Below are positions 51,394 to 56,212 of a stretch of 56,212 bases of DNA, piece after piece. The position numbers and the translations under genes are program-made. The notes beneath the pieces were generated by a model. The model did not search any database. It saw only the letters and a program-made list of their open reading frames with translations, and was not told the origin of the DNA. Positions within the stretch are counted from its first letter, which is position 1. Every line of letters starts with the position of its first letter. Source of the DNA: Octopus bimaculoides (lineage: Eukaryota); contig NC_068982.1 of NCBI RefSeq assembly GCF_001194135.2, positions 19,173,422-19,229,633 on the forward strand, given 5' to 3'.

Positions 51394-51760
51394 GGCGTGG
51401 CTGTGTGGTAAGAAGCTTGCTTCCCCAACTACATGGGTCCGAGTTCAATACCACTGCCTAGCACTTTGGAAAAGTGTCTTCTACTAGAGCCCCAGGCCGA
51501 CAAATTCCTTGTGAGTGGATTTGGTAAACGGAAACTGAAAAAAATCAGTTGTACATATGTATATGTGCATATGAATGTGTGTGAGTGTGTGAGATTGTGT
51601 GATGGTTTGTCCTCCACCATTGGTTGACAATCGCTGCTGGTGCGTTTACATTCCCGTAACTTAGCGGTTTTCAAAAATTGCCGATAGAATAAATACCAGG
51701 CTTAAAATGATAAGTCATGGGGTCAATTCCTTCAGTAAAATGGCTGAAACAAGTAAAATT
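51394..51760 (+). mobile_element. SINE family A, full length
   Basis: Same head and body as 1212-1619 (GGCGTGGCTGTGTGGTAAGAAGCTTGCTTCCC...TTGTGAGTGGATTTGGTAAACGGAAACTG...GCTGAAACAAGTAAAA). Confidence 0.9.
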
Positions 51761-51776
51761 GACATGGACGATACTT

Positions 51777-51852
51777 GGCCTGCTAAACCTGACCCAATTT
51801 GTCTGCTAAACCAATTGGTCTGCTAAACCCAATTGGTCTGCTAAACCTGACC
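51777..51852 (+). repeat. Short minisatellite, 4 x (G/C)(T/C)CTGCTAAACC
   Basis: CTGCTAAACC recurs four times with CCAATT-type spacers. Confidence 0.85.
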
Positions 51853-51888
51853 ACCACACGCAAACAATCTGATGGTCAAGATTCCATG

Positions 51889-52075
51889 GGGAGAATTCAC
51901 AAAAAAGCAAAAAACGAAGACAGGTGGTGTAGACAAAAAACAGATGTATTAGTTTAACGCTCGGGAAGTGAAAAAGTCTTTAATGTTTCGAGCCTACGCT
52001 CTTCCACAGAAAGGAACACAGAAAGAAACAAGGAGAGAAAATAAAGAATGTGTCGTGGCTAGCGATCTATCATGG
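51889..52075 (-). mobile_element. 187-bp non-autonomous retroelement fragment (Penelope-like 3' end) with 12-bp TSD
   Basis: Perfect direct repeat CAAGATTCCATG at 51877-51888 and 52076-52087; contains a hammerhead-like motif; T-rich 3' end on the minus strand. Confidence 0.72.
51978..52013 (-). ncRNA. Minimal hammerhead-like motif with non-canonical core
   Basis: Minus strand CTTT-CTGTGGA-A-GAGC-GTAG-GCTC-GAAA-CAT-T-AAAG: stems I and II are perfect, but core position 6 is T instead of the conserved A. Confidence 0.5.
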
Positions 52076-52109
52076 CAAGATTCCATGCACAATAGACTGA
52101 ACTTTCAGT

Positions 52110-52633
52110 TCGTGATTGTTTGCAGCTACCTAATGTAATGATTTTCTATGTAATCGTGAAACGCGAATGGCTGTTCGGGCTCACATTTGTTGACAGGCAT
52201 CTCCTTCCTAATAGTCGTGAGCAGGGATATGGTCTGGGGGGGGGAGAAGGCCGGGGGTATCCATTGCCATAGACTCGACCATAAACCCGTCGGAGAGTGA
52301 CCTACACTTAGACAGCTTGCTTCTATCTGCTGGACGAGCAGCGGAGCCTGGACTGGCAGCTGACCGTACCCAGTTGCAACTGGAGAAGGTGTCACAGCAT
52401 GTGGCATCCATGGTGAGAGGCCTGCCACCACGGAACGGGAAATTTCTCATAACGTCCGGCCTTTTACCGTTCTCTCGATGTAGCTCTGAGAAGCCTGCAG
52501 CGTCCAGGACATGCATTATGATCTTGTTAAAAGTGGCATGGCATGTAAGGTGGACAGCGCTATGATGCTATGCAGTAGGTAGAGGCAGAAAGAATCCACA
52601 GTGGATCATCAGCGGCAAATATGAGGCTCCCAG
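52110..52633 (-). mobile_element. 3' remnant of a non-LTR retrotransposon with restriction-like endonuclease (CRE/R2-group), degraded
   Basis: CHATFNKIIMHVLDAAGF..HRENGKRPDV..FPFRGGRPLTMDATCCDTF...KLSKCRSLSDGF..ESMAMDTPG matches the RH/RPD/D..(E)xK layout of RLE domains. It continues after a frameshift as QTISLLTTIRKEM...; stops and frameshifts are present. Confidence 0.85.
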
Positions 52634-53247
52634 ATCAGAAAACCAAGCCTCTGAGTATCGACAATGGGTAGACAGTCTCTACCAAGCTGAATTTTTGTAT
52701 TTGTGGTTAATATCCAAGTAAGCTAATTTCGTGTTTTCATACGGTCAAAATTATACCAGCATGAGTTATTATATTCTCTTTCAGATATGCCCTTCTTTTA
52801 ATATCGCAGGGTGTGATTTGAAAGGTATGAAATAACTGTTTCTAGCTGGTCGATTAACTCATTTTCAACTTGTAATCTTTCTGTTTTGTGAGCAGGTGTT
52901 TCGTTGTGCTCTACTTTTTCTATTTTTCTTTTATGATTTTGTTTTCATTGTTATTTGGTTAATCATTATTTCTGCCTAGACATGCGTGAAAAGTAATACG
53001 AAAGGCAACAAAAGTATATACAATTTATGTAAAAATTTGTTTTTCAAGCCTATTTGCTATTTCTGATGACAACATATCAAATATATGACAAGTTTCTAAA
53101 AATATATCTCTCAAGAGCAGAAAAAAAATAGTCATAAAAACAAAATGAAAAACAAATAAAGGCGGGAGGAAGCAGGCCTCATTTCATTCGGTACTTTATA
53201 TCAAATGACGTTTTATGGATACGCTCTTAAATTAGCATTAACGAAGT

Positions 53248-53437
53248 TAGTAGTAGTAGTAGTAGTAGTAGTAGCAGTAGTAGTAGTAGTAGCAGTAGTA
53301 GTAGTAGTAGCAGTAGTAGTAGTAGTAGCAGTAGTAGTAGTAGTAGTAGCAGTAGTAGTAGTGGCAGCAGCAGTAGTAGAAGCAGCAGCAGCAGTAATAG
53401 CAGTAGTAATAGTAGTAGTAGTAGTAGTAGTAGTAGT

Positions 53438-53474
<37 letters not shown>

Positions 53475-53490
53475 TAATAGTGGTAATAGT
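53248..53490. repeat. (AGT)n/(AGC)n trinucleotide microsatellite forming a SINE B tail
   Basis: About 80 TAG/CAG units directly contiguous with the 3' end of the minus-strand SINE at 53494. Confidence 0.95.
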
Positions 53491-53493
53491 TAA

Positions 53494-53815
53494 TGGTTTC
53501 AAATTTTGTCACAAGGCCAACAAGTTCGTGGGGTGGGGTAAGTTGATTGCATCGAGCCCAGTGCTCAACTGGTACTCACTTCGTCTATCCCGAGAGGGTG
53601 AGGGTGCGAACTGTTCAGGATTTGAACTCTGAATGTCAAGAGCCGACTGAAATGCTGTTAATAATTTTGTCCGACGCACTAACGATTCTGCAATTTTGCC
53701 GCCATAATGATAATCTTTTCTACTATAGGCACAACGCCCGGAATTTTTGGGAAAGGGAAGGGTCAGTCAATTAGATCGACCCCAGTATGCAACTAGTACT
53801 TAATTTATCGACCCC
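53494..53815 (-). mobile_element. Two tandem SINE family B copies (53494-53705 full length, 53713-53815 partial)
   Basis: GGTTTCAAATTTTGTCACAAGGCC...GGATTTGAACTCTGAA...TTTGCCGCC and TTTTCTACTATAGGCACAAC...TAGATCGACCCCAGT. Confidence 0.85.
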
Positions 53816-54556
53816 ATTTGCGGCATCTAAAGCTTTATCTTTCACTTGTCTTTCTTTCATGAGTTTCACAAGTAGTTTCCTATTCTTGACCACTCTTCAC
53901 AACAAACCAATTATCATAGGATCGCTGAAGTTTCACAGCTATAAATTGCATTTGGCTAATTATGTACCTAAAGAGGAACTTCCCCGTCTTCTTAATGTCT
54001 GAATTAAGAAAATGAGATGATTTCCTTTGCTCATGCTCTGGTAGACTGTTTGTGTTTTATTTACTGCTGTTGGGGGCTGCATTTACATTCCATGTTTCTT
54101 ATTCTTATTTCTCTCTCTCTCTCTCTCTCCCTCTCTCTATATGTTTATTTGTCTATCTACACGTACCTTCCCTTTAATGAATCTATGAATATGTGTGTAT
54201 GTATGACATCCAATAAATTATACTCTGCTTTTAATATTGGGCCTTCACTTTTATAAATGTTCACTTGTTCAACTGAAATTTGCTTGAAAATAATCGCCTT
54301 ACACTAACGTACATACATACAAACGTATAATAGTTCACAATGCTATGTATATATTTTTGTGCGGCTGTGTATTGGGACTGTACAGCCATATGTAGTAAGT
54401 ACAAGTGTACCATTTAATTTCTTACATTTCCCCTCGTGTTCTTTCATATTACACGTAGGAAGTGCTGCACAGGTTCACAAGCCCATCAGTTGTTCTGCAT
54501 GCTGTAGAATCACATGCGAGTTTGATATATGTGTGTATATGCGTTATCGTGTGTGT

Positions 54557-54600
<44 letters not shown>

Positions 54601-55820
54601 CGCGTGTTTGTGTGTCGTAATAAGGAAAACATTCCTTTCAAATACAAATTAAGCCCAACCTTTGCACAGAAGTACTCCCCCACAACGACTCAATCTCCTA
54701 AGCTCGTAATGTCTTGATTAACCGGGTTTTTCTTTCCTATGACCTACTTCCTGTATCAAGTGGCAATTTCATTAACATTCTGAATATTTTTTAATGAGGG
54801 ATAAACCGCAAGGTTCGGATTATGATTTATTTGTTATTTTTCGTTTTATATTTGATGGATTGTCATTAACACTCGAATGACGGGATAAATTGTTAGCGTT
54901 ATATATCTACGTCCTGTTATCTCACTTGAAATCAAATCCTGCTGGAGTTGGATTATTTTCCAGTGTTGTCTTCATTCAGGAAGTGATTGCGGTTGGAAAT
55001 GCTGTTGTTTAGTCGAATATCAACTCTGATTAAACATAACTATAATAAAAGGCATTCCAGGCGTGACCGTCATGTTTTTCAGCGCTGAGTAATTTATACA
55101 CTTTATCTAATGTTTTTTTTACGTTTCAGAATGAAGGATATGATTTGAGGTTACTTTGGCAGTGTAAGTGATTATGTAGAAATGTCCTCGTTGTTTCATT
55201 TAGTAACATTGATATACTGAGTTCAATCCTATCATCTGTAAATAATGGACTGCACATCAATGTTCATGCATACACGTATATTGCTATCATAGATTTGACT
55301 TTACTGGTGTAATAGGAATTTAATGAGTCATTGGTCGAGCATTGTTGTTGCCTTTAAACCAGGTGCAGCTGCTATTTCAACCATGAGTCCGGTTGATTGA
55401 GCTCGTCAACACGTTAGAAATTAGTTTCAGCTAAATAATATGGTCTTTATTCGCGTTATTGTTGCGCAATACTGCAGCCCTGCCCGAGTAAACATATTTC
55501 CAAAGGGCTATAGAAAATCGTTTGACAGTTGAATGCTTAAGCATTGCCTACATACGTAAGACTTATTCTGCTTAGATTAGTCTTAATATAGTTAGTAAGT
55601 TGTTGAACTGGTGTGCATAACTGACGTCATTATTACAAAATAGGGAAATATTTATTAGAAGAAGTATTTCTTTTGAAAACTATAAATGTATAAGTGCATG
55701 AAAGAATGTGCATACATTTATGCGTGAGTATTTAGAAATTTATGCTCCAATTAATGTGTTGCACAGAAATAATAATACACACACACACACTACATACACT
55801 CACAGATCACAGATACGCAC

Positions 55821-55852
<32 letters not shown>

Positions 55853-56212
55853 GCGCACACACACACACACTCACACTCACACATATTTACGAATATGCAT
55901 GTGAGCAAATATGTATATACATATTTACATATAAATATGTATTTCTATATAATGTGAGAATGTGTGATATATATGTGTAGCTTCTCCGGTCCAAACAGTT
56001 TCAAGGATTTCAGAAAGTGATTGTCAATGAAACCTGATATAAATAAACTTTGTATCCACTGACAAAAAATCATCAAAGAGGGCTTGACTTAAGGATACTG
56101 AGTATTCAAAGAAATACAGAATAAGAATTTTCATGCAGTATGAGCATAGATTCAATTTCAACGATTGAGAAAAGCAATTTAATGCTAATATATATATATA
56201 TATATATATATA

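Noticed and set aside
55130-55163. Well-formed acceptor/donor pair (NEGYDLRLLWQ), and the strong donor at 25702
   Set aside because: Both lie in fragments of a dispersed repeat (GATTTGAGG...TTT(G/A)GC), which illustrates the false-positive rate of by-eye exon calls.

Overview
AT-rich, extremely microsatellite-rich eukaryotic genomic DNA with 10 N-gaps, nearly all flanked by (AT)n, (GA)n or G/C runs, i.e. a short-read scaffold. The SINE families look like those I recall from Octopus genomes, so the source is probably an octopod (inference, not verified). I could not confidently recognise any host protein-coding gene. Most ORFs in the supplied track are microsatellite or gap artefacts, and the few splice-bounded exon candidates are listed at low confidence. 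What is well supported is the mobile-element content: at least five tRNA-headed SINE families (informal labels A-E; about 20 copies or fragments), a Tc1/mariner transposase remnant, three hAT/Charlie-type MITEs, and the 3' restriction-like-endonuclease end of a CRE/R2-type LINE. The most interesting observations are three. (1) A tRNA-headed SINE whose tail contains a Penelope-type minimal hammerhead ribozyme motif (40018-40250). (2) A second minimal hammerhead-like motif of the same architecture in an unrelated 187-bp element bounded by a 12-bp TSD (51889-52075). (3) A 264-bp miniature LTR element with TG...CA ends, a perfect 5-bp TSD and a tRNA-Ser primer-binding site (14226-14489). Repeat boundaries are by-eye estimates (about +/-10 bp) unless a TSD defines them.
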